A DNA stretch of 64,000 nt from UHGV virus genome UHGV-1358930, one strand, 5' to 3'. This document shows positions 39,189-49,302 of this stretch, piece by piece (positions within the stretch are counted from its first letter, which is position 1; the number at the start of each line of letters is the position of its first letter). Under the pieces are notes generated by a model, which was given only the letters and a program-made list of their open reading frames with translations, did no database searches and was not told where the DNA came from. The stretch comes from a virus. A program made the position numbers and the translations under genes.

Positions 39189-39800
39189 TTGAAAAAGCTG
39201 ATTAGATCTTCAACAACTGCTGTATATTCAACGCAGATCGCACCAAAAATATTAGAAATTTGGATTGTAGATGATGTTCGGCACTGCAGCGCATCCATAG
39301 CAGCTGCAGACGAAACTGCCGAAACTCGTGAAGGGCTAGAAACAGAGAAAACATCACAAAATAAAAATTCTAGAATAAGACGAATTGAGCCAAGTGCTGA
39401 TATCGAAGAATTTCTAAATAGTATGAAGAAAGCTCCTATTCTATTTATAGAAAGATCTGCAAAAAATTCGGCATTTTTGAAGTTATATAAAACATTATCT
39501 GGAAAATTGTTTGATGTGGCTGTAGCAAAAGAACTTCTGAATCAGCTTACAGTTTCTGATTATGTATATACTACGGAAAGTGATTCAGCTAATTACAAAG
39601 GAGATGAGTTAATTGTATTTGAACCTGTGCATGATCTAGTATCTAGAAAAAATGGAGTTGTATTGAAAAATGTCGTAATCTATATGAAAATAGATAAAAC
39701 AGAGTCAAACGAAGATGAGACAGTTTTAGTATCATTTCATTCCGCTGAATTTGAAGATGACAAACCGTATAGTTCTGCGAACAACAAGGAGGATAGATGA
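39189..39800 (+). CDS. hypothetical protein (TTG start)
   Basis: GAGG RBS; 203 aa. Confidence 0.4.
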   Translation: MKKLIRSSTTAVYSTQIAPKILEIWIVDDVRHCSASIAAADETAETREGLETEKTSQNKNSRIRRIEPSADIEEFLNSMKKAPILFIERSAKNSAFLKLYKTLSGKLFDVAVAKELLNQLTVSDYVYTTESDSANYKGDELIVFEPVHDLVSRKNGVVLKNVVIYMKIDKTESNEDETVLVSFHSAEFEDDKPYSSANNKEDR

Positions 39801-40276
39801 GGTACATGAAAATTTTTGCATTTGCGGATAAGAAAGATAGCATCAAAGACAAATTGAAAGAGAAATCAGATGATTTAGTATATCACCTCGTGAAAGTATT
39901 TTTGTTCCCTAACTGCGAAGTGAAACCTCACTGGTGTCAAGAAATCTACGGATTTATTCACAGCGTACCTAAAACTAAAAACAAGAATAAGTTCCCAGAC
40001 AAGACTTTCATCTTCAATAACACTTACGAAATCTGGGGAGATACAATTGAATCCTGTATCATAACTGCTATAAAGGATTATCCTAGTATAGTGCCATTAT
40101 TTGATCAGCACACCGGGTTAGCTATCTGCGAAACTGCAGTTAGAGAGTATTTTGAATGGTTATCTGAGGAGCTATCTAGTATCGGAAGAGTCGCATCTTC
40201 AGATGTATACAAGAAGATTGATGAGCTAATCGAAGAAGTAGTTCAAAAATTGAATAACACAACATATGCACTATAA
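39797..40276 (+). CDS. hypothetical protein
   Basis: AAGGAGG RBS; 159 aa. Confidence 0.45.
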   Translation: MRYMKIFAFADKKDSIKDKLKEKSDDLVYHLVKVFLFPNCEVKPHWCQEIYGFIHSVPKTKNKNKFPDKTFIFNNTYEIWGDTIESCIITAIKDYPSIVPLFDQHTGLAICETAVREYFEWLSEELSSIGRVASSDVYKKIDELIEEVVQKLNNTTYAL

Positions 40277-40332
40277 GGAAAAGAAATCTGAACTGAATCA
40301 TCAAAACGATAGGAATAAAGGAGAATTTGCTT

Positions 40333-40803
40333 ATGTATGTTAGGAAAATTATGACAGACACAACAAAGCATGCAATGGAGACATTGATGCGAAACATTGG
40401 AGGACCGTTTGGAGCTGCAATTGTTAAAAACGGAGAAGTAATCTGTGTAGAATCAAATTCGGTGTTAAGGGATAAAGACCCAACAGCACATGCGGAAATG
40501 AATGCTATTCGATCTGCATGCAGAAAGTTGAAGACTTACGATCTAAGTGACTGCGAATTGTATGCAACTGGCAGCCCTTGTCCTATGTGCTTAAGTGCAA
40601 TAATCTGGGCAAATATCAAGACAGTATACTATTCTGGTACGTACGAAGATTGCAAGAAGATTGGATTTAGAGATGACTTCATTTTCAATTTCATCAAGAA
40701 TGATTGCAAGAACGATGATATTGTTAAACTAGAATTGCATGACAATGATCTGGCAAATACATTGTACAACGCATATGAAACATTCTCAGGAGAATTATAC
40801 TAA
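40333..40803 (+). CDS. CDA-fold nucleobase deaminase, closest to guanine deaminase GuaD/TadA family
   Basis: IGGPFGAAIV..DPTAHAEMNAIR..SPCPMCLSAIIWA: zinc-ligand HAE and PCxxC motifs with spacing typical of Bacillus GuaD-type guanine deaminases. Confidence 0.65.
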   Translation: MYVRKIMTDTTKHAMETLMRNIGGPFGAAIVKNGEVICVESNSVLRDKDPTAHAEMNAIRSACRKLKTYDLSDCELYATGSPCPMCLSAIIWANIKTVYYSGTYEDCKKIGFRDDFIFNFIKNDCKNDDIVKLELHDNDLANTLYNAYETFSGELY

Positions 40804-40804
40804 C

Positions 40805-41203
40805 ATGTACAGCATGCAAACTTCAGAATTTAATCTAACTGAACACTTGAAACGATACGTCAATTACACAGAGGTTATAATCTTTCCAGACGGACACATT
40901 GAATATGCGATTCCTTCGCACCAAGAGAAACTTATTTCTATATTGTGTAGTATGGAGCACAAATCGCGACAACAAGTTATAGACGAAACACCCCCAGAAT
41001 ATTATTTTGATTGGCTGAACTATTTACTCAATAAAACAGGATGTATTTCGGTTTGGTTTGATTTCATCATCACTACAAATCGCATGACAGATGCGCAAAA
41101 CGACACAATTATCAACTTGATACAATCTGGAGCAGTGCGATTAGACAAGAATAAGAATGAACCTAATATTTATTTGAAATATAGCAAATATGCAAGAAAG
41201 TGA
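40805..41203 (+). CDS. hypothetical protein
   Basis: GGAG RBS before ATG 40805. Confidence 0.4.
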   Translation: MYSMQTSEFNLTEHLKRYVNYTEVIIFPDGHIEYAIPSHQEKLISILCSMEHKSRQQVIDETPPEYYFDWLNYLLNKTGCISVWFDFIITTNRMTDAQNDTIINLIQSGAVRLDKNKNEPNIYLKYSKYARK

Positions 41204-41208
41204 TTCTT

Positions 41209-41586
41209 ATGAAAAAACGAGTAATAGAAATTCCTGAAATATCAAATTTCGCATTTGTGCTCAATTCCTCCGAGATATTGTCTTCTATATCCACTCGAGA
41301 TCTTCTCAAAAATATTGTAAGGTGTAGATCATCTAACATATGGGGATATGGTATAAATGTCAAGGATAAAAAAGACAGAGTCGGAAACATGATCATTCAA
41401 TTCAAAAACAAATACGGCGGACCTGACGATGTATACATGTATTACGATGTACCTATTGAGGTGTATAGAAGGATGATAACCGCACCAAGTAAGGGTCACT
41501 ATATGTGGTACAATATCCGTAACAGATACAAGTATTCAAAGTTAACTGGAAATAAGCGTGGAGTTTTACCTAATGCAGTGAATTGA
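41209..41586 (+). CDS. KTSC-domain protein
   Basis: YDVPIEVYRRMITAPSKGHYMWYNIRNRYKY matches the KTSC domain consensus. Confidence 0.55.
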   Translation: MKKRVIEIPEISNFAFVLNSSEILSSISTRDLLKNIVRCRSSNIWGYGINVKDKKDRVGNMIIQFKNKYGGPDDVYMYYDVPIEVYRRMITAPSKGHYMWYNIRNRYKYSKLTGNKRGVLPNAVN

Positions 41587-41657
41587 AGAAAATGGTATCA
41601 CAAGAAAAATCAAAATATCTGTAAGCAAAATAAAATTTCTTAGATGGATGTGTATGT

Positions 41658-41945
41658 ATGAGATATTTGATTGCGTATGTTCCTTATACTAGACGAGAGG
41701 AGAACATTGAGCTTATATTTTGCGATACGGTAAGAGAACTGCTACAAGTGATTGTAGAAAATATCGGATGTGCTCCTGTGGAATATTATGAAGACGGAGT
41801 TTTCTACGATTACGACGGATATGAAGTTGATTTCTCGTTGCAGTCCTGCTTGTCTTACTTGAAGGAGCATTTCGTCGGTGATGGGTCTTACGGTGCTGTT
41901 TTGCTAACTATCGCAAAGGGCAGAACTGTTCTGTTCCAAGGCTGA
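41658..41945 (+). CDS. hypothetical protein
   Basis: 95-aa ORF. Confidence 0.4.
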   Translation: MRYLIAYVPYTRREENIELIFCDTVRELLQVIVENIGCAPVEYYEDGVFYDYDGYEVDFSLQSCLSYLKEHFVGDGSYGAVLLTIAKGRTVLFQG

Positions 41946-42169
41946 TAGATTCTACAATAAGGCTAAGTCAAAATAAAATAAGGATCGTTAAATACATTGC
42001 AAGTAGATCTATTCAAAATAACTTGCAATGTATTTATTATTTTGAGGAGATGATATAGGAAATTTGAAACGATAACATAATCAATATAAGAATACACATC
42101 AAAACCGTAACTAACGATCTGCGCCAAGCTCGCAAAGATCGCAGCCTATCAAGAAAGGAACATTTATCA

Positions 42170-42823
42170 ATGGATGTAGTAAAGAATATGCGTGGAAGTA
42201 TTTGGTGGTTGAAAGACGAATTTGATAAATACAAAGGTGAAAGAGGCATCCTTAGAGGTTCTAGGCCGGTTATCATTATGAATAATCCAGCAAACGAATA
42301 TAATGATTGCACTATTACATATTTGCCGATTTCTAAGTGCGAATCTCATGCTGGTGATGATAGTCGAATTCAAATGTTTTATCAGGTACCTATTCAGATT
42401 CCTGGTAATAAATCTAGTTATGTATGTTGTAATAGCATCATGACTACAACTACTTCTCATCTTGGAGAATATGTTGGGCAGATTTCAGAAGATAAGCTAA
42501 AAGAAGTCGAAGCCGAATTGATGCGTTATCTTTCTCTTTCTGAAAAAGTCGTTACACGAGAAGTAATAAAAGAGGTTAGGGATACAGACAAGGCAACGAA
42601 AACAACTTCTTTTTCTATTACAGACGCTGTCGCTTGTCCAGAACTCAAAAAAGTATATTCTAGTTGTACTGAAATGGCTAAAGATCTTAACTGCTCTCCT
42701 GCGTCTATCAGCAAGTCGAGTAGATGGGGAAGTAAGCTGATGCACAAATACACAGTGTTTAAAGTAGCAACGGCTGCTGGAAACTATGTTTGCAAAACTA
42801 AGGAGGAAATCAAAAATGAGTGA
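42170..42823 (+). CDS. protein with N-terminal PemK/MazF-like (toxin endoribonuclease fold) domain fused to a C-terminal putative DNA-binding module
   Basis: GSIWWLKDEF..KGERGILRGSRPVIIMNN...CTITYLPISK resembles the MazF/PemK core (G.E..G.RP..v.s ... v.PiTs). Confidence 0.45.
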   Translation: MDVVKNMRGSIWWLKDEFDKYKGERGILRGSRPVIIMNNPANEYNDCTITYLPISKCESHAGDDSRIQMFYQVPIQIPGNKSSYVCCNSIMTTTTSHLGEYVGQISEDKLKEVEAELMRYLSLSEKVVTREVIKEVRDTDKATKTTSFSITDAVACPELKKVYSSCTEMAKDLNCSPASISKSSRWGSKLMHKYTVFKVATAAGNYVCKTKEEIKNE

Positions 42824-43775
42824 GCTACTTAATATTCCTGGAATTCTTTGGCAAGACCTAGGAACACGAACTGATTCAGAAAACACAACACTTGACAGCT
42901 TGATGACGAAAGCAGGTGCAAACTACACTGTATCTGCATACAAGATGTATACAGAAGTAGCAAACAGCGTACAAGGATATCATGCTATTTACAGAAATGA
43001 CGACAAACGTCTGATGTGTGTAGTAAATAATTTCTACCCTGAACTTGTTCAGAATAACATGACGTTTGCTCTCATGGAACCTCTGATGGCTGCGGGACTT
43101 GTATCATTTGAATTTTCGTCTGTAGCATCAGGTGGACTGTATCACTACGGTGTATTCAAATCTAATAAGACATGTAAGATCCTTAATGAAGATATTGAAC
43201 ATTATTTTCTTGTAGTGAATGATCATAGCAAGACTGATAGAAAAGTTTCTGTATTCAATCTGCCTGTACGAAAAAAGAATGAAACTATTCTTTTCTGCTC
43301 CATGACAAACAGTGCTTATAAGCTTCGTATGCCAGTTTCTGAAGATAACCTGTCCAATGAAGCTGCTGGCACTATGATCATGTCTTCGATTGATGACGCA
43401 TTCCTTTGGTGCGAAATCAAACTAAAAAAGCTATATAATAAGAAGATTGAGCTTGAGGACGTTGCTAAGGTTATGGACGAGTTGTTTCCTTACGTTTCTG
43501 CTTCAAATGGAGATCCGTTGGATACAAAAGCAAACGAAAAAGTTGACGAGCTCAGAAGCACCTTCCAAGAGTGCATTGATTCAGATGATAATGATGAATA
43601 TCGTCAAACTGCACTATATCTTTACCTTGGTATGCTAGATTATACGCAGCACTACTGGGCAAGTGCAGAAAAAGGATACGACATCAACAAGAAGATGACC
43701 GTAGTACCTGGATTCTTTACTTCGATTGATACAGAAGGTGCTAAAGTAGCTAAGCTGCTAAAAATGCTGAAGTAG
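42816..43775 (+). CDS. hypothetical protein
   Basis: AAGGAGG RBS before ATG 42816; 319 aa. Confidence 0.5.
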   Translation: MSELLNIPGILWQDLGTRTDSENTTLDSLMTKAGANYTVSAYKMYTEVANSVQGYHAIYRNDDKRLMCVVNNFYPELVQNNMTFALMEPLMAAGLVSFEFSSVASGGLYHYGVFKSNKTCKILNEDIEHYFLVVNDHSKTDRKVSVFNLPVRKKNETILFCSMTNSAYKLRMPVSEDNLSNEAAGTMIMSSIDDAFLWCEIKLKKLYNKKIELEDVAKVMDELFPYVSASNGDPLDTKANEKVDELRSTFQECIDSDDNDEYRQTALYLYLGMLDYTQHYWASAEKGYDINKKMTVVPGFFTSIDTEGAKVAKLLKMLK

Positions 43776-43796
43776 TAAAATACAAAGTAAAAAATT

Positions 43797-43834
43797 GAGC
43801 CGAAGCGTGACAACTTCGGCTCTTTTATTATTTT
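43797..43834. terminator. bidirectional rho-independent terminator between convergent genes
   Basis: gagccgaag..cttcggctc 9-bp stem flanked by A-run and TTTTATTATTTT. Confidence 0.75.
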
Positions 43835-44601
43835 AAGGAGAAAGTTTCTCTAACATTCATTGACGTATGTAATCTATTGTAAAGCATTGTTTCTGCAGTT
43901 TTTAGTTTACTTTTTACTGTTTTGCTATCTAATCCATACATATCACATATTTTAAATATATCAGAATCTGTAAGTTTGTGCTCTCTATCTATCATCTCTC
44001 TCATCAGAAGTTCTTCAATAGTATCATAATTATCAGAAGATAGGGAGGTTAATTCAATCGACGGGATGTCCTCAGAAGTCAAGAAGGGTTCATGCTTATC
44101 AAGATCAGCTATGTATAAGGTTCCAAATATGGCTTTTAATGAATCCATCTTATCTACAGGTAAATGTAACCTTGGATCGGATAGATCTTCGTATTTAACT
44201 TGACCCCAATGTTTACCTAACTGTTCTCCGACTTCCATACATAAAGATCTACGAATGGAGTATTTAACTTCGTTCAACTCTCTTTCAATCATCTCTCCTA
44301 TACGAAGTAAATAAAATACTGAAAACGATAGATCTTGTCTATATCCTTTATGTGTTTCATCACCCTGCCATTTGTACCACCAAAAACATTCACAAAAATG
44401 AGTCAGAGCTGATTGAAGTTTATCTTCATATGTAACAGTAGAATTGTTGATAAATGTTCTACTTGCTACATATCCAAAAAACGCATAGTTAAGCTCTATT
44501 ATCTCATCGCGTTGTTTGAAACATTTCATTCGCTCTGCTTTATTTTGTGGCATAGTCGAATATATGTCTAAGGTTCGTTGTTTTATTTCCTCATTAGTCA
44601 T
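43828..44601 (-). CDS. sigma-70-family phage sigma factor-like protein
   Basis: Region-2-like IELNYAFFGYVASRTF and C-terminal HTH-like region; sole sizeable minus-strand gene, facing a large regulatory region. Confidence 0.55.
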   Translation of the reverse strand: MTNEEIKQRTLDIYSTMPQNKAERMKCFKQRDEIIELNYAFFGYVASRTFINNSTVTYEDKLQSALTHFCECFWWYKWQGDETHKGYRQDLSFSVFYLLRIGEMIERELNEVKYSIRRSLCMEVGEQLGKHWGQVKYEDLSDPRLHLPVDKMDSLKAIFGTLYIADLDKHEPFLTSEDIPSIELTSLSSDNYDTIEELLMREMIDREHKLTDSDIFKICDMYGLDSKTVKSKLKTAETMLYNRLHTSMNVRETFSLK

Positions 44602-45810
44602 TTTCTAGCACTCCCGTATCAATTGATGAAATTCTGAAATATTGAAATATTTAATAAACTGAGTAATGTGTAGAATATTGTGAAAACTGAAAATATGAAC
44701 CTTTGTTAATCTTACATGTAGAGGTATGTTTAAATCTACAAATATATTATATGAACTTAGTTAGCAGAAGTCAATGTAAATTAGCCAATTCATATCAAAA
44801 TTTTTATTGAAATCAGCAGATTTTCAGAATTTTGAAGTTTTACACAATTTGATCTAACTATAAAGCTAGATAGGAAATAACTATAACAAGCTGTTTGGCA
44901 TATAGATATGTTATAGCGAGACTTGAATAGCACTATAAGATAAATAACACGAACTTATCGCAATATCCGAAATTTAGAAATATTGAAGATTTGTGTATGG
45001 ATCATCTTAAACATTGAAATCTACAAAATCTACAATATCTGAAATTTTGAGATATTGTAAATTTGAATACTTTAACATACGTATATTGAATGTGCTTAAA
45101 AGATTAAATTTTCGTAAATTATTTTATTTATAGTTAAAATTTATGATTTGTTAATAGTTATAAACAGTATAAAAGTGATCTATTATTATAAGTGTCACCG
45201 TCTAGGTATATATGTATTCAATATATCATATAGTAGATATGTAAGTATTATATATCAAGCACATATCAAAATACTATAGCAAACTAAGTTATATAGGTAA
45301 TCCCTATATCAAGGTGTAATCTATATACAGTAATCCCTCACAGCGTAAGTTGAGCATAAACAATGAAATTGAGACATGTAGATATATTATCGCTATATAT
45401 CTAAACAAATTGATATAGTATTGACATATAGAGAATCACGTGATATTATAGCAAAACTTCATGGTTATGAAACTTCTATGTAACAAAATCAGTCAGAAAC
45501 CACCAAAATTTGAATATTTCAGAATATTGAAATTTCAATAATATGTAAATTTTACAATCTTTCAGAATCGTGAATATTTCAAAATATGAAAATTTCAACT
45601 TTCCGCTAAAATCACCAGAATTTAGTAAAATTGAAAGAATATGAAAATTTGATGCCTTCAATCTTTCAGAATCTGGTCATTTGGCCGCTTTAATATTATT
45701 AAAGAAATTAAAGTAATTAAAGTTATAATGTTATTAAAGTTATTTTAAAGGAATTAGCCAATTAAAGTAAAAAAGAATTAAAGTAAAAACTCGCAAGCTC
45801 GTTTTTACTT
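44602..45810. repeat. AT-rich repeat-rich intergenic region (iteron-like TTTCAGAAT / GAAATATTGAAAT units; ATTAAAGT x6 at 45690-45780; internal TTGACA-17-TATTAT promoter around 45420-45450)
   Basis: Multiple imperfect direct and inverted repeats, no credible ORFs. Confidence 0.6.
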
Positions 45811-46119
45811 TTTGGTTTGTAATCTGAGAACATAAATTCTGTCAGTAGATACCTCTATGCTGAAACGCATTGACGTACTTTTATGCGATCATGCGAAACA
45901 CATAGACGTGGGCGTGACCTAAACACTACAGTTGATACTGCACATGGTCGGTTCAAACTACGTAGTAGTTGAATTTTTGAGTAATTTGGTGGCGCTTGCG
46001 TTGAATATCTGTCTTCGTCTCGTGTATGCAACGCACGTATGAGTCTCATATGCAAAAAAAATATTCGCCAGCGCATTGGCAAATATCTGTTAGATTTCAA
46101 AAATTTATAAAATTCGGGG

Positions 46120-46148
46120 TTGACTTTTTGAAGCAGATACCTTATACT
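46120..46148 (+). promoter_or_regulatory. sigma-A consensus promoter (TTGACT-17-TATACT) driving an about 460-nt untranslated leader/ncRNA before the ORF at 46616
   Basis: Exact -35 hexamer, 17-nt spacer, near-consensus -10. Confidence 0.6.
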
Positions 46149-46615
46149 ATGGGTGTAGGTTCACCTAACAAGTTAAAACTCAGTTGAGCGTAGCACCTCG
46201 ACTACTTACTACTTCTGCTAGGCAGCTTCATGATAGAGTCAGCGCAAGATCGTCGAAGCAGGTAACTTGTTAGAAACCGAATCGTTAATGTACTTAGCAA
46301 ACCGCCACCAGGTAACTCCTATCGAGCTTGAAATTGAATAATCTCAAGATTGGTCAACAAAATCTTCTTTCAGAAGAGGCGCCAGTTTTGTACTCATCTT
46401 CTACTCACTTTTCGATAGGGGTGCTGGTAGTTGCTAAGCTATCAGTTTAGGTTTGCTAAAGTAGAAATAATCATCTACGTGAATTAGCCGGTATCTAGAG
46501 GTCGCTACTCGACGGTACGACGTTGTAGCATGCGTAGAAGCTGCAGCTGATGTGATGAGTGCAAAACTGACGCCTTTCTTTTGTTTATTTAGTAGTTCGG
46601 AGGGCTAAAGCATAC

Positions 46616-47983
46616 ATGGATATCTACACCGCAATGAATTCTATAAATAAGCTTGAAAATTTCATTATCAACGAATTTGATTTTGCAAAAGGAATGTATA
46701 GATCTACAATGACTAAGCTCAAAGAGATTGATAAGAAATGTAACGCAATTTCGACTAAATTGAATTCTTCTTTATCTGATGCAGGTGTAGAAGACAAAGT
46801 TAGTAAAGCTATCGAATTGACAAATCAGCTGAATATTTTGCTATCTGAGTTATCTGCGTCAGAAATTGAAAGTTCTAGAGAATTGAAAGAATCTTTCAAG
46901 TCTTGCGCAGCTATTTTTGTTATAGACGAAGATAAACCTCCAGCGACTGATAAGAGACTAGAAAATAAGCTAGATGCAATTTTAGATATATTGAAGAATT
47001 CTTCAATTTCTGATAAATTTACTAGTATTGAATCTAATCAATTTAATAAGCCTCTTGAAATTACAGAAAATGAGGATTCTAATGCGGTTGTGAGCAGATC
47101 CAGCGTTGCTGCAGATCAAATGAACGCATCTGAGACAGATTGCACTACTGTTGTTGATGTTAATCCTGTTTCATCATCTAACAATGAAGAACACACAAGT
47201 GCTTCTAATTCACTATCTTCAGATGTCAACCGGCGTCAGATATTCAAACGATTTGTCTCTACAATGGAGTATGCAAAGACTCATTCTACAAATTATCCAT
47301 TGGCTGACGTTGCAAAAGACTTGATTGTGGAGTGGTTTCAAGCTAGATTTTGTGATCCGACAACGCATTTCAAGTATAGACATCGAACTATTATAACTGG
47401 TATGTTGTCAATTACACTAGAAGTCGCTAGGAAGTATGCGTCATATTGTAAAGAGTCTTGGAGGCAGATATTAGATGTTTGGCCAAAGGTTAAGACGTCT
47501 GATATCTTAAGTGTCTCTTCTTTGATATCTGATATTCGTTCAAATAACATGCAATTTGCTTTGAGTTACGAGCTACAGTCTGCTATGTCAGATCCTGATG
47601 TTTTTGTTGAACGGTATGGTGAATATAAATTTACAGCAGTATGCGCTGAATATGTTTGGTACATACTTACTACTACAGTTTTTAAGAAAATCTGTGCAGA
47701 CGATGCATCTAACCATTTCGGAGTATCTGCAAGCTACTACATTACAAAACACAGTTTATGGGACTTGCTACTTAGCCATGAGGATAGCATCTATTTAGGT
47801 AATAAGGATATGTGTGATGTAGATGGTTACATATTTTCACCTGAAGGCATAGAATTCTGCGAAGACATGGAACTTAATCCGCATAAAATGGTTACTCATA
47901 TTGAAACGTATGACGCAGTCGATAAACATGATAAACATGTTGCAGCTAAGCAGGCGGAGAAGTTAGAGGAGGGCTTGATTTGA
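46616..47983 (+). CDS. hypothetical protein
   Basis: GGAGGG RBS; 455 aa; Ser-rich central region. Confidence 0.55.
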   Translation: MDIYTAMNSINKLENFIINEFDFAKGMYRSTMTKLKEIDKKCNAISTKLNSSLSDAGVEDKVSKAIELTNQLNILLSELSASEIESSRELKESFKSCAAIFVIDEDKPPATDKRLENKLDAILDILKNSSISDKFTSIESNQFNKPLEITENEDSNAVVSRSSVAADQMNASETDCTTVVDVNPVSSSNNEEHTSASNSLSSDVNRRQIFKRFVSTMEYAKTHSTNYPLADVAKDLIVEWFQARFCDPTTHFKYRHRTIITGMLSITLEVARKYASYCKESWRQILDVWPKVKTSDILSVSSLISDIRSNNMQFALSYELQSAMSDPDVFVERYGEYKFTAVCAEYVWYILTTTVFKKICADDASNHFGVSASYYITKHSLWDLLLSHEDSIYLGNKDMCDVDGYIFSPEGIEFCEDMELNPHKMVTHIETYDAVDKHDKHVAAKQAEKLEEGLI

Positions 47984-49302
47984 AACGTATATTTAGCGAA
48001 GCGGGGTTAGAGAACTACTCGCCTATTCAGTTAAAACGGTCTCCGATGCAAATGGTAATACGAGACGAAATAGCCCGTATTATTCAAAATTTTAGAAATA
48101 CTCAGAAATACAAAAAATCTGCGTTGCGTGCACTGAACATATTGATGTATGCCACATTCTCAAACTCGTATCCGCCTGGCTGGAGCTCTGATGATGGATC
48201 TGCTCCTGTAGTATCATATTTTTCTAAGTTATCTGAAGAAGATATTCGAGCAGAGATTGGAGATTACTATTTAGATTATGTGGATGTTAAGTGGATTGAT
48301 ATTCCAGAATCTAATAGTTCTGATAACGCAAGTATAGCGCCTACGAAGTCAAAAAAGCTTGCGCAGAATTCTATTGATAATAATTCTAAATCTGATAGTA
48401 GTACTCCAGATGACAAAATATTTGACAGCCTAGAAACTGTTGACCTAGATGAAGCACTTAGCGCATTAAATGATAAAAGCACTTCAGCGTCTAGCAGTCA
48501 ATCCAAAGAAGCTGGCAGCACTTTAGGTAGTAATCATCTTGATACGATCTATGATGAAGTTAGACCAAATTCTAAGCCGGAGGATCTTTGGTTGAATGGG
48601 CCCGCAGTACCACAAATTGATACGTCTAAAATCTGGAGACGAGGTATTGTAGACGATACTGAATTAGTGATATATCATAGTTTACCTGAAATTCCTACAC
48701 GTCAGTGTGAAATCTCCATCACTACAGATTCTAGTAAATTAGCTAAGACAGATCTAATGAAATTATATCCAGACTGTATGTTTTATACTAGGCCGATGAT
48801 ACTATATTCCGAATCTTGCGGATTGAAGATGCATAAAACCTTTGGTGGCATAATACCAATCAAAGGCTTCACACAAAAGCAGATCATTGATAATATCGTA
48901 AAATATCCAGTAGTTACTGGTATGACTAGAGAAGGCAAAAAGCACGGACGGTCTATATTTGTTGAATTTGAAAAATTCATAGAAATTGACGGTGAGTTAT
49001 ATAAGACAACAGACATGATTGATAAATTACCTGACCTGAAAACGCTGAAGCCTTCATGGTCAATTATCGCTGAATACGTCGTTCGTCGTTATTTACTTGA
49101 GAGAGACATCTTACATATAGACCATAAGTACAAGATGTATGGAACGCTAGATCCATACTTAACATTGTTCATGCCGTCTCAAGATTATGTATCTGCTGGG
49201 CACAAAGATGTTGTAGCTATTGCAAAACATTGCGTAGAGTCTAGAGTAAGCTATCTCCAGAGTAGAAGTCCCATCATTCGGAGGTTAGAAGAAAATGCAT
49301 GA
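47980..49302 (+). CDS. hypothetical protein
   Basis: 440 aa; start overlaps the previous stop. Confidence 0.55.
   Translation: MKRIFSEAGLENYSPIQLKRSPMQMVIRDEIARIIQNFRNTQKYKKSALRALNILMYATFSNSYPPGWSSDDGSAPVVSYFSKLSEEDIRAEIGDYYLDYVDVKWIDIPESNSSDNASIAPTKSKKLAQNSIDNNSKSDSSTPDDKIFDSLETVDLDEALSALNDKSTSASSSQSKEAGSTLGSNHLDTIYDEVRPNSKPEDLWLNGPAVPQIDTSKIWRRGIVDDTELVIYHSLPEIPTRQCEISITTDSSKLAKTDLMKLYPDCMFYTRPMILYSESCGLKMHKTFGGIIPIKGFTQKQIIDNIVKYPVVTGMTREGKKHGRSIFVEFEKFIEIDGELYKTTDMIDKLPDLKTLKPSWSIIAEYVVRRYLLERDILHIDHKYKMYGTLDPYLTLFMPSQDYVSAGHKDVVAIAKHCVESRVSYLQSRSPIIRRLEENA

Noticed and set aside
42816-43775. Candidate DpdA/TGT-like transglycosylase
   Set aside because: No TIM-barrel TGT motifs (no DSGGFQ-like catalytic Asp motif, no CxCxxC zinc site). 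Kept as hypothetical.
44602-45810. CRISPR array
   Set aside because: Repeats are AT-rich and imperfect with irregular spacing and no constant repeat length; no cas genes.
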